DNA of 64,000 nt from Camelus ferus (GCF_009834535.1 NC_045697.1:107262001-107326000), one strand, 5' to 3'; positions 12,674 to 25,465 are shown, counted from the first letter of the stretch. Numbers and translations: made by a program. Notes: generated by a model not told the origin, from the letters alone.

Positions 12674-12991
12674 TTCTAAAGGTTATACTCCTCTAACCAT
12701 TCTTCCTAAGGACCTGACAGCATAAAGCGTATGCAAAAGCACCAAATTAACACATACTATTTAGAAAATTTGAAAAACCTAATTTATACAGGTACTTCGT
12801 AACCTACAATTCTCCCGGATATCTCTGAAATCCAATCCAAATTATGTGAAGCCAAAACTCAATCCTGTTTTTCTTCATGATCTTTTGTAAAGAGGAAAAC
12901 AATACTAGAAGAAAATCAGTGCAGACTTCAGCAGCCCACTGCAACAGAAACCAGATCAGCTGTGCACCAGCACAAACTAGAGTAAGTCAGA

Positions 12992-13207
12992 CAAGAGGTG
13001 GCAAAGTGTTTATGTAAAGTGTCAAACAGTAAATGTTTTAGGCCTGGGGGGCCACACAGTCTCTGTTGCAAATACTCAATACTTATAGCATGAAAGCAGT
13101 CATAGAAAATATATAAATTAACGGGAGCGGCTGTGTTCCAATAAAATTTTATTTATCGAAACAGGTCAGGCCAGACTGGCCCTCAGGCCATGCTTGGCTG
13201 AACTCTG
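12992..13207. mobile_element. hAT-Charlie MITE (MER58A-like)
   Basis: 'agtaaatgttttaggc', 'gtctctgttgcaaatactcaa', 'ggctgtgttccaataaaattttattta'. Confidence 0.8.
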
Positions 13208-13619
13208 CCTTAGACTAAACCGGTCAGCTAAAAAATGTAGTGACTAAAAGAAAGCCATTTTATAAAATCACACCTTTGTTCCATCTAGCACTGGATTATT
13301 CTCAAACTTAAATTTGTATGGTAATATCTTCTGATCTAATGTATCTTTATAAATCCTCATGATAGGAACACACCTCTTCTCACTGAAGGAGGAGACAGAA
13401 TGAGTAACTCTTAGGTGCCTTCAAAGAGCTAAAAGTTATTCAAACAACCAAAAACATATATTTAGAAAATGACAGTATATTCCAATAGAATGGCAAAATA
13501 TTCCAGAGTAATAACTATGATAGTCAGTAAAATGAAACATTTAAAGATATATCAAATTTATCGTTTCTATTCTTTATGCCTTCTAGTCAATTTATAATAT
13601 GAATGTTTATTTAATTATA

Positions 13620-14500
13620 TTCCTTCTGTGAATCTATAGAAAGTTCTTAAACATACAAAAAGCACAAACCATAAATAGAAACTAAGTAAATTTTACTACA
13701 TTAATTATTTGAGATGTAAAATTTCCTCAGAAGACACAAACATAAAACTCCAAAAATAAATAGATAAGGAATAAATTGGCATAAGACATTCATAAACAAT
13801 ACAGCTAACAAAGGATTAAGACCAAGAACATGAAGAACTCCCACAAAACAATAAGAAAATGCAAATTAATGTTATGGAGACATAGCATCATCAAATTTGC
13901 AAAAAATTTTAACTCCAGCCATAGCAAGTGATGAGGTAATATGGGGTAATACATTGCTGGAGAGAATGTACACTACTACACCGCTTTGGAAAAGGAAATG
14001 CATTATCTTATTATGTTCAACATCTGCATCTTACAAATCAGCAATTCTATTTCCAGGAAGATATTTTTCTCTAGAGAGAAACTTCCCAATACATACAAAA
14101 TGCATCAAAAATGCTCATCAACTCGTAAATGGATAAAGTCATACCGTGGAATACAATACAACTGAAAAAATGAACACAGCTACATTGGTCAATATGGATA
14201 AATCTAAAACAATAAGTAAAAACAGCTAGTTGCAGAAAAATGCCTTAATACCACTTATATTGACTGTAAACATGAAATTAAAAATTCTTTAGTGTGTGTG
14301 TGTATGTGTATGTGTGTGTAGTTAAAAATACACACAACACAGACATAATGAAAACACCAAACTCAGGTAAGCAGGGTAGGAGAGAGGGGCTAAAAATGGT
14401 AGACAAAGCAATTGGGATGGGGAACCCAATTTCGTAAACAGTACTAGGTACATTATTGCTTATACCTTTTTGTATGCATAGCACATTTCATTAACAATTT
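13620..14500 (+). mobile_element. Old LINE-1 3' fragment (L1ME-like)
   Basis: 'aaaagcacaaaccataaa', 'cattgctggagagaatgta', 'cagcaattctatttccagg', 'aatatggataaatcta'. Confidence 0.55.
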
Positions 14501-15036
14501 TAAACAAAAGCTATACATAAATAAGTTAACCCTAGCTTGAGTTTTTCAAAAAAAGAGATTAGTAGATTCTCCCAAACCAATTTAACTCACTGTAACATGA
14601 GAAAAGGCAAAATTAGCCAGAGCTTTTCTGTTTACTCAACCAATTTACGTTACTAAAATAACTTCCCATCTTTGAATATAGTGCGCCACCTTGTGTTCAA
14701 AGCTTCAAAATACCATAAAATTCAGAGAACCCTTGCTTGAAAATGACTGCTGAAAATATAAATTCCTTTACTCTGGATTATGAGGTTTCATTGTATTAAC
14801 TTGAGCACACGTGAAAATGATATGTGGAGAAAAAAAACTATTTTGCTTCTGAAGAAGTTGTAAATACTTCATATTTTTTAGTCATTCCTTTTTTCAGTTG
14901 TTCATTTCACTACATTTCCACAGAATAATCTGCATTTTTCCCATATTTTAAGTATATAAAATATGTTAATAAATAAATAAAACTCAAAATTATAGACATT
15001 TAAAATTCTGAAATACACTTTCATACAGGAACTTAC

Positions 15037-15229
15037 CTTTGAATGTGTGATTGATAAGGTGTCTACCCACACACGCCAGCCACCCCATTCGTATTTGACT
15101 GCATGGTAGAGTAAGATTCTGAATATGGCATATACCATTTCTGTTATCTTCTGCTCATCTGAATTCTTAGGATTAAAATAGCAGAGAGAAAGCATCCACT
15201 CTTGCCACACAGAACACTGTAGCAAGCTC
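15037..15229 (-). CDS. LRBA: LRBA coding exon (approx. exon 22), 193 nt: [64 protein letters not shown]
   Basis: Acceptor tttcag|G, donor AAG|gtaagt; phase 2-0; overlaps ORF 14902..15225. The next canonical exon was not found in 1..15036. Confidence 0.96.
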
Positions 15230-15527
15230 CTGAAAATTATAAGAGGATACTGAATTACTTAAAAAAATTAATCACCTGAAAGAATTCTAAAAATCAAAAG
15301 TTCAAAACAAACAAAAAAACAGCTATATTATGTATTCAAAACAATTCAAGAATGTGGTATTAAAAACCCAATTTGACTGTATGGTACATTACTTGCATAA
15401 CCTTAATGAAAAAAGCTTCTGGAAAATTCATTTCATAGTATTCTTAAAGAAATTTTCCTTAGAAAACATGGGCCCATTCAAAGCTAGACTCGAATATTGC
15501 AAGTAAATGCTTTCTAGTCCTGCTTAC

Positions 15528-15651
15528 CTTCTGTTTTCTCTGTTGTTATTAAAAAGTTTAATCATGTCAGAAAGAAAGGCTCTGCGAACTTCCATGCTCT
15601 CTGGACACTGGGGAGAATTTCGAAGTAGGGTCGCAATTACTTTTAGTATCT
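15528..15651 (-). CDS. LRBA: LRBA coding exon (approx. exon 21), 124 nt: (Q)ILKVIATLLRNSPQCPESMEVRRAFLSDMIKLFNNNRENR(R)
   Basis: Acceptor ttacag|AG, donor AG|gtaagc; phase 1-2. Confidence 0.95.
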
Positions 15652-16589
15652 CTGTAAGACAATTAGTAAAATTCATAAATTAGTAAAAACCAAAATACTA
15701 CAAAAAACTTCATGATGGAAGATCACCAATATATTGCAATTTCTTTCATTTCTTTGATAATGTCTCCTGAAAACATCCTCTTTTGTTTTATAAACTATCA
15801 TCTGCAGACAAGACTGATAATACATTCATTAGAAAACGTCTGTAAACAAGAAAGGGATTTTTAAATTTCATCATTAGAATGTGTAAAGTTGAATTTTAAA
15901 AGGTTGTTATAAATGAAATTAAATTACAAATGAATTAAATGATGGTAAAACTGCTGACACCCTCTCCCTAACCTCTGCCAGCGAGTAAAGCTTATCTATA
16001 AAAAAAAAAAACTATAATCAAAATCTCAGAAAGAGAATAAATTCTCAGCTTCTTCAACAAAATTTATAATATGCACATATTCTTTCATTATCATGATTTT
16101 TAAAAGCTGTCAAGATTTTCTTCCATAATTCTAAAAGTTATACTAGATATTAAAAAATTCAAAAGAGAATTAAAACCTATTCAACATCCCGAACAAACAC
16201 AAATAAAACTGCTGTTGTAATAGTCTTGAACATAACGCTGTCTAAATTTCTAGTACTAAGCTTTAAGAATAGAAATTCTATAAAATATATAGATACCAAA
16301 TTTTAAAGAAACAAAAACAGCTACAACTTGAATTTAAAATTAAATAATATGTCAACTTCCTACCCAAATAAAAATTGAGGAATTCCAAACTAGCATTTCC
16401 CAAGGTTTTTGGTGATTCTGAAGCAACAAGTTCAAAATATCAAGTTTGAACATACTTATCAGAAAATTAATCATATTTTGGTAGCAATTTCTGAATTCTT
16501 CTAATAACAAATTCAAATTCTCTCTACCTGAACAATGATTACAATGATAATGATAATCGTAGTAATGAAAGTGATGATGATGGTGATAA

Positions 16590-16825
16590 TCACTAATTTT
16601 GAGAATACACCTTCGTGTGACACTGTTTTAAGAAAATACAGGTATTAACACATTTAATCCTTATACAGTGATAGCAAGATACTATTATTATCCTCATTCT
16701 AGAGATAAGAAAACTAAAGCACATAGAAATTAAGTAATTTACCCAGCCATTTAACTATTAAGACATATAGACACGATTGAAAAGCCAGACAGCCCATGTT
16801 TTTAAATATCACATTATACTGCCTA
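16590..16825 (-). mobile_element. MIR SINE
   Basis: Antisense MIR core 'tactattattatcctcattctagagataagaaaactaaagcacatagaaattaagtaatttaccca'. Confidence 0.75.
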
Positions 16826-17564
16826 TCTTTCTAAGCTAATACGTTACACAGATTAACATATTTTAAAATTCTTACTTCATTAAGTCAACTTTCCCAAACT
16901 ACAAAAAAATATATTTCACATTATATATATAAAATCAAGGTATTTTTTCTTTTCTTGCTCTCTAAAATGGTATCACATCTCCCTGAAGGCTGAGAAAAAT
17001 TAAACTTTAGACATACATGTTTTTAAAACAAACATGAACACAATTCGTCACATAAAAATTAATTCTGTAAACCCTACAAACCAGTTTTTTAATGTCAATA
17101 ATCTTAAAAGATGAAAAATGTGCATTGGTATATAAGCTTAAGAATTCTAAATATCAAAAGAAAAATGGTTAACCAAGACTAAATTCATAAACAATAAAAA
17201 AGATGTTTTTTAATTCCAAACTTGATACTTCTAGATTGACAGTAATTTAAGAAGAAAGCTACCTCCGTGGTTCATGTAATTTAGCCTGACATCACTAAAT
17301 ACTTCAATCAAAACTTTACCAAAAACTGAATATAATTAAATCAAGATCTTATGCATATAATTCTTCAAAAACCTCTATATATAAACATTTCCACAGAACC
17401 TAATGGCAATTTGAAGTTATACTCAACATCAAACACAAATAAAACTAGTATTATATTAATGCTTGTAATGAAATATTATTTGAAAAAATGTGTTTTCAAC
17501 ATCAACTTAGGTTTTTCAATGACTTTCCTTTTAGTAGCAGAAGGTATTTTAAAAAAAGTGTAAA

Positions 17565-17901
17565 AAAGGATGGGAGTGGGAGAAATGGGTGAAGGTGCTC
17601 AAAGAGTACAAACCTCCAGTTATAAGGCGGGTAAGTTCCAGGGACGCAATGTATAAGCCAGAGACCACAGTTAATACTATATTGTGTATTTGAAAGTTGC
17701 TAAGGAAATAGATCTTAAAAGTTTTCACCACACATTAACACAACAAAAAATTTAACTATGTGAAGTGATGGACTAACCTTATTGTGGTAACCATGTCACA
17801 ACATAAACATGTATCAAATTATTAGACTTGAATACCTTAAAATTAATGAATACCTTAAAATTACACAATGTTATACATCAACCATATTTCAATAAAGCTG
17901 T
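17565..17901 (+). mobile_element. LINE-1 3' end (L1MA9-like)
   Basis: 'gtacaaacctccagttataag', 'ttgaaagttgctaag..agatcttaaaagtt', ends 'tcaataaagctg'; contains an 18-bp tandem duplication at 17829-17863. Confidence 0.85.
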
Positions 17902-17950
17902 AAGAGCAAAAAGCAGGTATCAAAAAAATAAAAGTATACTAAATACATAC

Positions 17951-18032
17951 GAGGATTTTGGATCTTTACTGAAGAATCAGGATCTGGATGCTGTTTATGT
18001 ATTACTTGAGTACAAATCTGTTCTATAAGAAT
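17951..18032 (-). CDS. LRBA: LRBA coding exon (approx. exon 20), 82 nt: ILIEQICTQVIHKQHPDPDSSVKIQNP(Q)
   Basis: Acceptor ctgtag|ATT, donor C|gtatgt; phase 0-1. Confidence 0.95.
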
Positions 18033-18426
18033 CTACAGAAGTAAAACAATAGATTGTATTAGCTTAATCACTACTAATGAACTTTAACACAACACTAATC
18101 AACATTAAGTATAGTCTAATAATGTCATGTTAAATATCTTCTACATTATGTAAAACAAATAATTTCATTATAGCTCTATTTTTACTTAATTATAAAATGA
18201 AACATCAAATAGTCAATATAATGGAGAAAAATACTTAGATGTCCACACTGTTTAATAATTCACAGACTAATTTATTTAGATGCAGCCACATTTCCTTTAT
18301 ATAACTAGTTCCAAAATTGTGCATCAAACTTGAATGATCTTATCTCATCTAGACACTAGCAGCTCAGTTATACCAGTATTTTCATTATAAAAAGTTAGTA
18401 AGATAAAATTCTAACTACATTCCTAC

Positions 18427-18535
18427 CTCAAAAAGGACATTATATGTGGTCATTGTGATTAAATTTGTCTGAAGCATCAGTCTTTCAGCTAACAGTGAAA
18501 ACAATCCATGTCCAAGCATGACTTCAGCTTTTCTT
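18427..18535 (-). CDS. LRBA: LRBA coding exon (approx. exon 19), 109 nt: RKAEVMLGHGLFSLLAERLMLQTNLITMTTYNVLFE
   Basis: Acceptor ttgcag|A, donor GAG|gtagga; phase 2-0. Confidence 0.95.
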
Positions 18536-19028
18536 CTGCAATTAGATAGAAAAAAAAAAAAAATCAAAGGTAGAGTTTTATTATTCATTATTTAGTATGC
18601 ACGTTGACAAAGGAGGCACATAAATGTTTTAACATCAACAAATTTCCACTCAATAACGCTCCCAATTTTCTTCAACCTACAACTTACATGGCCACAAAGT
18701 CTTTAAGTAGAGAAAGACACACTACAATACAGGTGCAATGAAGGGTGAAAACATACAAGACTGGCTGTGCCGGAGCACAGCAAAACCTCCATCAAGATCT
18801 TCAGGGCGAATATTTACTAATCAGCAGCTACTCGCTGTCAGCGCTGAGCTAAGCTCTACTATAAATAATAACCTAAAGCCCTATAAGTAAAGTCGAAAAA
18901 CAATACAGAAGAAAAGGTAGAAGAAATGTAAGCAAATTTTTTAATGAATACTGTGAAGATAAATACAGTAAAATTAAACTTTCAGGCAAAAATTTAAAAA
19001 CTGAAGGACCACAAACTTAATTCTACTC

Positions 19029-19215
19029 CTGGATTTGTCTAATTTTTTCTGCAAATGACTGGATATTGTATGCTTTAGGCTTTGCGGACTATGTTTCCTG
19101 CAGCAACAACTCAACACTGTTGCTGTAACATAAAAGCAGCCATAGATAATAATCAAATAAATGTATCTGTGTTCCAGTGAAACTTTATTTACAAGTCAGT
19201 CAGCTGGACTGAAAG
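19029..19215. mobile_element. hAT-Charlie MITE (MER58A-like)
   Basis: 'tttaggctttgcggac', 'aaagcagccatagataata', 'ctgtgttccagtgaaactttatttaca'. Confidence 0.75.
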
Positions 19216-19717
19216 TTTACCAATAAATTTCTACCACCAAAATTGTTAATTATTATAATAAACCAATCCTGGTATAAGGAATAATTGATAGGATTTGAAT
19301 GCCTACATTAAGCTAAGAAAAAAAAATGTAAGTTTCAGTTTTTAGTTATATGTATAGCAGAGCAAACTATGTGGCAAACATTCAGGTTAACATGTCAGCT
19401 TAATACAACAGATAAAGCAAATGATCAAGCCATCTGAAATGAAGTCCCCATGGTACCTAGAATTCTATGTATACAAATGTATTCTCATAATAAATAAAAA
19501 AAAGGAAAATTTAAGTAAAAACTACAAACCACATATATACTCTTGTTCCTATTTTATTTTTGATAAGTAGAAATAGGATTAAATTTATATAGCATTTTAT
19601 GAATAAAAATAAAGAGAAGTGAGAATAGAGGAATCACATGATGGAAATATTATTCCAAAGATTTTTAAAATAAGTAAGTAACATACATATTCTATTTCAG
19701 ATTTCATGCATACTTAC

Positions 19718-19810
19718 TTTGGCGCCAGATGTTTTAAAAAATAACCCATTGCCTTGAGAGCTTGTACTCTGATTCCTTCACTTGTTGATGCCATCAGTTT
19801 ATAGATAACA
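19718..19810 (-). CDS. LRBA: LRBA coding exon (approx. exon 18), 93 nt: VIYKLMASTSEGIRVQALKAMGYFLKHLAP(K)
   Basis: Acceptor attcag|T, donor AA|gtaagt; phase 2-2. Confidence 0.95.
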
Positions 19811-20007
19811 CTGAATAAATTAAAATTAAAAATAAATTACTAGATTTTTCAAAAAGTAAATATCTAAGATATATATGTATATATGTACATTTTTCATATA
19901 GTCACATGACTATAAGCCTAACTTCAAGTATGAGTGACTTTAATATACATTTCTGATGTTTAAAAACTTGCTTATCAATTGCACGTTGTCTTCAAGAAAT
20001 CCACTTT

Positions 20008-20142
20008 TTTTTGGCTATTCTTTTAAAAATTTTTTCCCCTTTTTTTCAGTTGAAGTATAGTCAGTTTATAATGTCAATGTCAATATCAATATAATGTCAA
20101 TTTCTGGCGTACAGTATTATACTGGAAGTCCTAGCCATAGCG
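20008..20142 (-). mobile_element. Tiny 5'-truncated, 5'-inverted younger L1 nested in the older L1
   Basis: Poly-T, then antisense L1 3' end 'ttgaagtatagtcagtttataatgt..tcaatttctggcgtacag', then sense ORF2 piece 'actggaagtcctagccatagc'; TSD agaaatccacttt / agaaacccagttt. Confidence 0.75.
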
Positions 20143-21151
20143 AGAAACCCAGTTTAAATATAAAGTTACATAAAGATTAAAAGTAAATGAATGGAGAAAA
20201 ATATACCACGCTAATACTAATCAAAAAGCAAGTGTAGCTGTATTAATTTCAGACAGAGAACACTTCAGAGTAAGGAAAGTTACCAAGGATAAAGAAGGGC
20301 ATTACATAATGATAAAGCGGTCAATTCTCCAAGATGACGTAACAGTCCTTAACATGTATGCACCTAACTTAGAGCCTAAAACTATGGAAGGCAAAAACTG
20401 ACAGAACTGCAAGGAAAAACAGATGAATCCATTATCATAATTAGAGACTTCAAAATACCTTTCTCAGAAACAGATCCAGCAGGCAGAAAATCAGTAAGGA
20501 CATAGTTAACCTCAAAAATACCATTAGTCAATTGAATATAACTGACATCTACAGACTACTTCATCCTACAATAATAGCAAAGTACATATTTTTCTCAAGC
20601 TAACATGGAACATTCACCAAGCAGACCACATCTGGGGCCATACAACACCTAAACAACAAATGTAAAGACTGTAAATTATCACTCTCAGAAAAATTTGCTC
20701 TTAGATCACAACGGAATTTAATTAGAAATAAATAACAGAAATAAAGCTGCAAAATGCCAAATAACTGAAGGTTAAACAACATACTTCTAAATACAAAGAA
20801 GAAATCTCAAAATAAAGAAGTATTTTCAACTAAATGAAAATGAAAGCACAACTTATAAAAATCTGTGGGATGCAGCAAAAGCAGTGCTTACAGGAAAATT
20901 TATAGCACTGAATGCATATATTAGAAAAGAAAAAAGATCTAAAATCAATAACCTAACTTTCCACCCTAGGACACTTGAATGAGAAAATTCAATCCAAAGT
21001 AAGCAGAAGAAAACTAGTAAGTTTTCAACAGTAAGAAATCAATAAAATTTTTAAAAAATCAATAGAGGAACAAAACCAAAAGCTGGTTCTTCAAAAAGAT
21101 CAATACAATCAATAAGTTTCTACTCAGGCTAAGGAAAAAAGAGAAAGGACA

Positions 21152-21340
21152 GTCTGTGCTTCTGGACTGCTGAAAATTGTGTTTAGAAATATGCTGTGTT
21201 AAAATACTAAAATGACTGATTCTTGGTTTTCAACTAGGTTTTAACATTTCTTTTTAAATGATTGTGAAGTAAATACTCAGGTTTAGTATAAACTCTCTGC
21301 ACAGAATTCTTACATTAAATATAGTTTATATAAGAAAAAA
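21152..21340 (+). pseudogene. Candidate 5'-truncated processed retrocopy (3'UTR-like; parent unknown)
   Basis: About 180 nt of non-L1 sequence interrupting L1 ORF2; ATTAAA at 21314-21319, then an A-run; flanked by duplicated A-rich '...aaaggaca'. Confidence 0.55.
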
Positions 21341-24300
21341 AAGGACATAATTTACTAGTACCATAAATTAAAGAACGTGTATCACCACATGTCCCATAGA
21401 CATATGAAGGATATAAATGAATAATACTATGAACAACTCTATGCCCACAAATTCTATAACCTAGATGAAATGGACCAATTCCTTGAAAGACACAATCTGT
21501 CAAAACATACATAAGAAAAAAATTGATGATCTGAATAGGCTTAAATCTACTAAAGATACTGAGTAACCCCCCAAAACAGAAAGTACCAAATCCAGATGGG
21601 TTCACTGGTAAATTCTGCTAAACATTTAGGGGAAAAAATTATACCAATTCTCTACAATCTGTTTCAGAAACAGAAGGAATACTTCTAACTCATTCTATGA
21701 ATCACCACTGCCCTACAACAAAACCAGAAAAAGAAATTACAAGAAAACTATCAATATCTTACATTAGACCAATAACTTACATTAATAAAAATGAAAAAAT
21801 CCTCAGCAAACTATTAGCAAATCAAATCCAAAAAAGTCCAAGAACTATGTACCATCACCAAGTGAGATTTATTCCAGGTATGCAAGGCTGGTTCAACATT
21901 TGAAAATCAACTGATGTAATCACATACACATAAGAAAATAGCTGATTATATTAGTAGATACAGAAAAAGTGTCTGAAAAATCCAACAGCCATTCATTTTA
22001 AAAACTCCAAATAGATCTAAGGATAGTGGTAACTTTCTCAACTTGACAAAGACTATCTACAAAAAGCCTGCAGCTAACATTATGTTTAATGGGAAGAAAT
22101 TCAATACTTTCCCACTACAATGAAGCAAAAGGCAATAATGTCCCCTCTCACCATTTCTTTTCAATATTGTACAGGATGTTCTTGTTAAAACAGTTAAGTA
22201 AGAAAAGGAAATAAATGATACACTGATTGTGAAGGAACACATAACACTGTCTGTGTTTGCAGATGACATGATCACTATGAAGAAAATCTAGAACTGACAA
22301 AATAAATCCTGGAAATAATAGGTGATTACCACAAGGTTGCAAAATACAAAGTTAATATAAAAAAGTCAATTGCTTTCCTGTGTGCCAATAATAAACAAGT
22401 GGAATATGATATTTAAAACACAATACATTTACATAAGACTCCCCAAAATGAAATACTTAGATATATACTAACCAAAATACAATCAATATCTATATGAGGA
22501 AAACAATAAAACTGATGCATGAAATCAAAGAACTAAGTAAGTGGAGAAAAAATCCATGTTTGTGGGTAGGAAGACTCAGTACTCTTAAGATCTATGTTAT
22601 TCCTAACTTGATCTATAGATTCAATACAATTCCAACAAAAATCCCAGAAAATTATCTTACAGATATCGACAAACCATTCTAAAGTTTATAGAGAGCAAAA
22701 GCCCAGAATAGCCAACACAGTATTGAAGGAAAAGAATACAGTTGTAACACTAATGCTACCTGACTTCAAGATTTACTAAAAAGCTATAGTAATCAAGACA
22801 GTGTGGTACTGGCAAAAGAATACATAAATAGATTGATGAAATAGAGAGTCTAGAAACAGACCCACATAAATATAGTCAACCAATCTTGACAAAAGAGGAA
22901 CACAAGCAAGACAATGAACCAAAGGTACTCTTTTCAACAAATGATGCTGGAACAACAACACATCCACACCCAAAGAATCTAGACACAGACCTTAAACCCT
23001 TCATAAAAATTAACTAAAAATGGACCTAAATGTAAAATTCAAAACTATAAAACTCCTAAAACACAACACAGAGGAAAACCTAGATGACCATGGATATGGT
23101 GACATCTCTTTAGATACAGCATCAAAGACACAATCCACAATAAAAAAAAAATTGATAAGTTAGACTTCATTAAAATTAAAAACTGCTTGGCAAAAGATAG
23201 TATCAAAAGAATTAGAAGATAAGACACAGACTGGGAGAAAACACTTGCAAAGGACATATCTGATAAAGGACTGTTACCCAAAATACACGAAGAACTCTAA
23301 AACTCAACAACCAATTAAATTTAAAAAAAAATTAGGACAAATGACTTAATAGACACCTTACCAAGGAAAGTATACAGATGGCAAACAAGAGTAGGATACA
23401 AAATGCTCCACATTATATGTTATCAGGGAAATGTAAATTAAAGAAACAATGAGATTACCACTACACACCTACTACAATGGCCAAAATCCAGAAGACTGAC
23501 AGCACCAAATGCTGGTGAGGATGGGGAGCAACAAGAGTTCTCATCACTACCAGTGGGAATTCAAAATGGTACAACCACTTTGGAAGATAGTTCAGCAATT
23601 TCTTACAAAAGTAAACACTTTTACTATTCAATTCAGCAATCTCACTTCTTGATGTTTATCCAACAAAGCTGAAAACATACTTCTACAAACATACCTGCAC
23701 AAGCATGTTTATAGTAGCTTTATTCATAATTACCAAAACTTACAAACAACCAAGATGTCCTTCAGTATGTCAATAGATAAACTGTGAACATCCAAACAAT
23801 GAAATATTATTTAGCCCTACAAGAAATGAGCTATCAAGCTATGAAAAGACATGGAGGAATCTTAAATGCTTATTACTAAGTGAAAGAAGCCAATCTGGAA
23901 AGGCTACATACTGTATGATACCAACTATATGACATTCTAGAAAAGACAAAATTAGCAACATAATAAAAAGATCAGTGGTTGGGTTCGGAGGGGAGTGGGA
24001 TGAATAGGCAGAGCATAAAGGATTTTTAGAGTAGAGAAAATATTCTGCATAATACCATAATGATGAGCACAAGCCATTATACATTTGTCCAACCAAGATG
24101 GAGTAATAAGCATAATATAGCCTCACTACTTTGTGTATTAGAACTAAAACTATAGAAAAAATATACAATTTTAAAAAGCATTTTCCTAACTACTCTGGAA
24201 ACTGAACAAAAGCAGGTATATTGGTGCAGGAGACCTAATACTTGGAGATTACCCATTTTAGAGGTAAGAGTCTCAATCTTCACCTTTCTCTTGTAAAATA

Positions 24301-25320
24301 TGACCTAAGAATGAGTCCTTGGCTCAAAGTTGGTCCCTGTCAGACATTCAGGTAGCTAATATTCTGAGAAATACTGTCCTTCTGGTTAGAGACACTGAGA
24401 AAATGGGCACTTACAGGCTAGAGAGGCAAGGGGGAGTCCTAAAAATAAGCAAACAAGAGAGAAGGAACTTGAAAATATGTGTAAAAACCTGCAAAAGCCC
24501 TAAACTGACCCAAGAGATGCTCATGTATGGGACAGACTCAGACCAGAATATCAAGTCTTTCTAAATTGAAAGAAGATTTGAATTATTACCAAATTCTCGG
24601 CCTAATCCCTGAGTGGTACATGTGCAAGAAAGACCCAAAGCAAGACAAGAGAGGTTTTTAAAATGAAGTGACATCAGAACCACCACCCACAAAGGATAGG
24701 TAGAACTTGTGATCTGATCCTTCTTGCTGAAACAAAACAAAACAAATCACATTTGTTAATGGATTATAAGACACAGAATCTATAAAAGATAACACTTATA
24801 ATGTCCTTGACATATTAAACAATACTGAATGTATGAAGAACCAAGAAAATGTGACTACTTCTCATGGGAAAATACAATGAACAGATGCTAATGAGATAGG
24901 CAAATTCTTAGACTTAGCACACAAAGATTCTAAAGAAGCTATTACAACTATGCTCCAGAAGGTAAAGGTAAATACAGACTAAATGGATCAGAAAATAGCA
25001 TTCTCATAAAAAGAAAGAAAACATAAAAATTCACCATGTTGAAATTATAAAACTGAAATGTATAATAGTTGAAATAAAATGTTCATGAGATGAGCTCAAT
25101 ATGAAAATAGAAAAAGCAAAGAAAAAGTTTATAAACTTGAAGATCATGTTTATCACACATATCAAGTTTCTATATAAACAAAGTATCAAATCTGAAGAAC
25201 AGAGAGAAAAGTGATTCAAAGAAACTAAAAAGAGACTCAGATGTGTATAAAAGCTCTAATACTCACTAGAAATCCAAATAAAAGAGAAAATATCTGAAAC
25301 AAAAAAAAATGTTTTAAGAT

Positions 25321-25465
25321 AAGGGCACAGCTCAGTGGTAGAGCATGTGCTTAGCGTGCACAAGGTCCTGGGTTTAACCCCCAGTACTTCCATTAAAATA
25401 AATTAAATAAATCCTAATTACCCCTCCCAAAATTTTTTTAATTAATTAATTTTAAAAATAAAACA
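25321..25465 (+). mobile_element. tRNA-derived SINE, Vic-1-like
   Basis: 'cagctcagtggtagagcatgtgcttagcgtgcacaaggtcctgggtttaacccccagtacttcc' plus AT-rich tail with 'cctaattacccctccc'. Confidence 0.88.

Larger units (their letters stand above)
19960..24110 (+). mobile_element. Decayed LINE-1, ORF2 to 3'UTR (L1MC-like), with nested insertions
   Basis: ORF2 relics HHQVRFIPGMQGWFNI (21697..21903), LIYRFNTIPTKIP (22494..22682) and 'tttgcagatgacatgat' (FADDM); many stops and frameshifts. Confidence 0.92.

Noticed and set aside
19960..24110. Intact reverse transcriptase or active L1
   Set aside because: ORF2 is broken by many stops, frameshifts and insertions; no ORF-track fragment exceeds about 110 aa.
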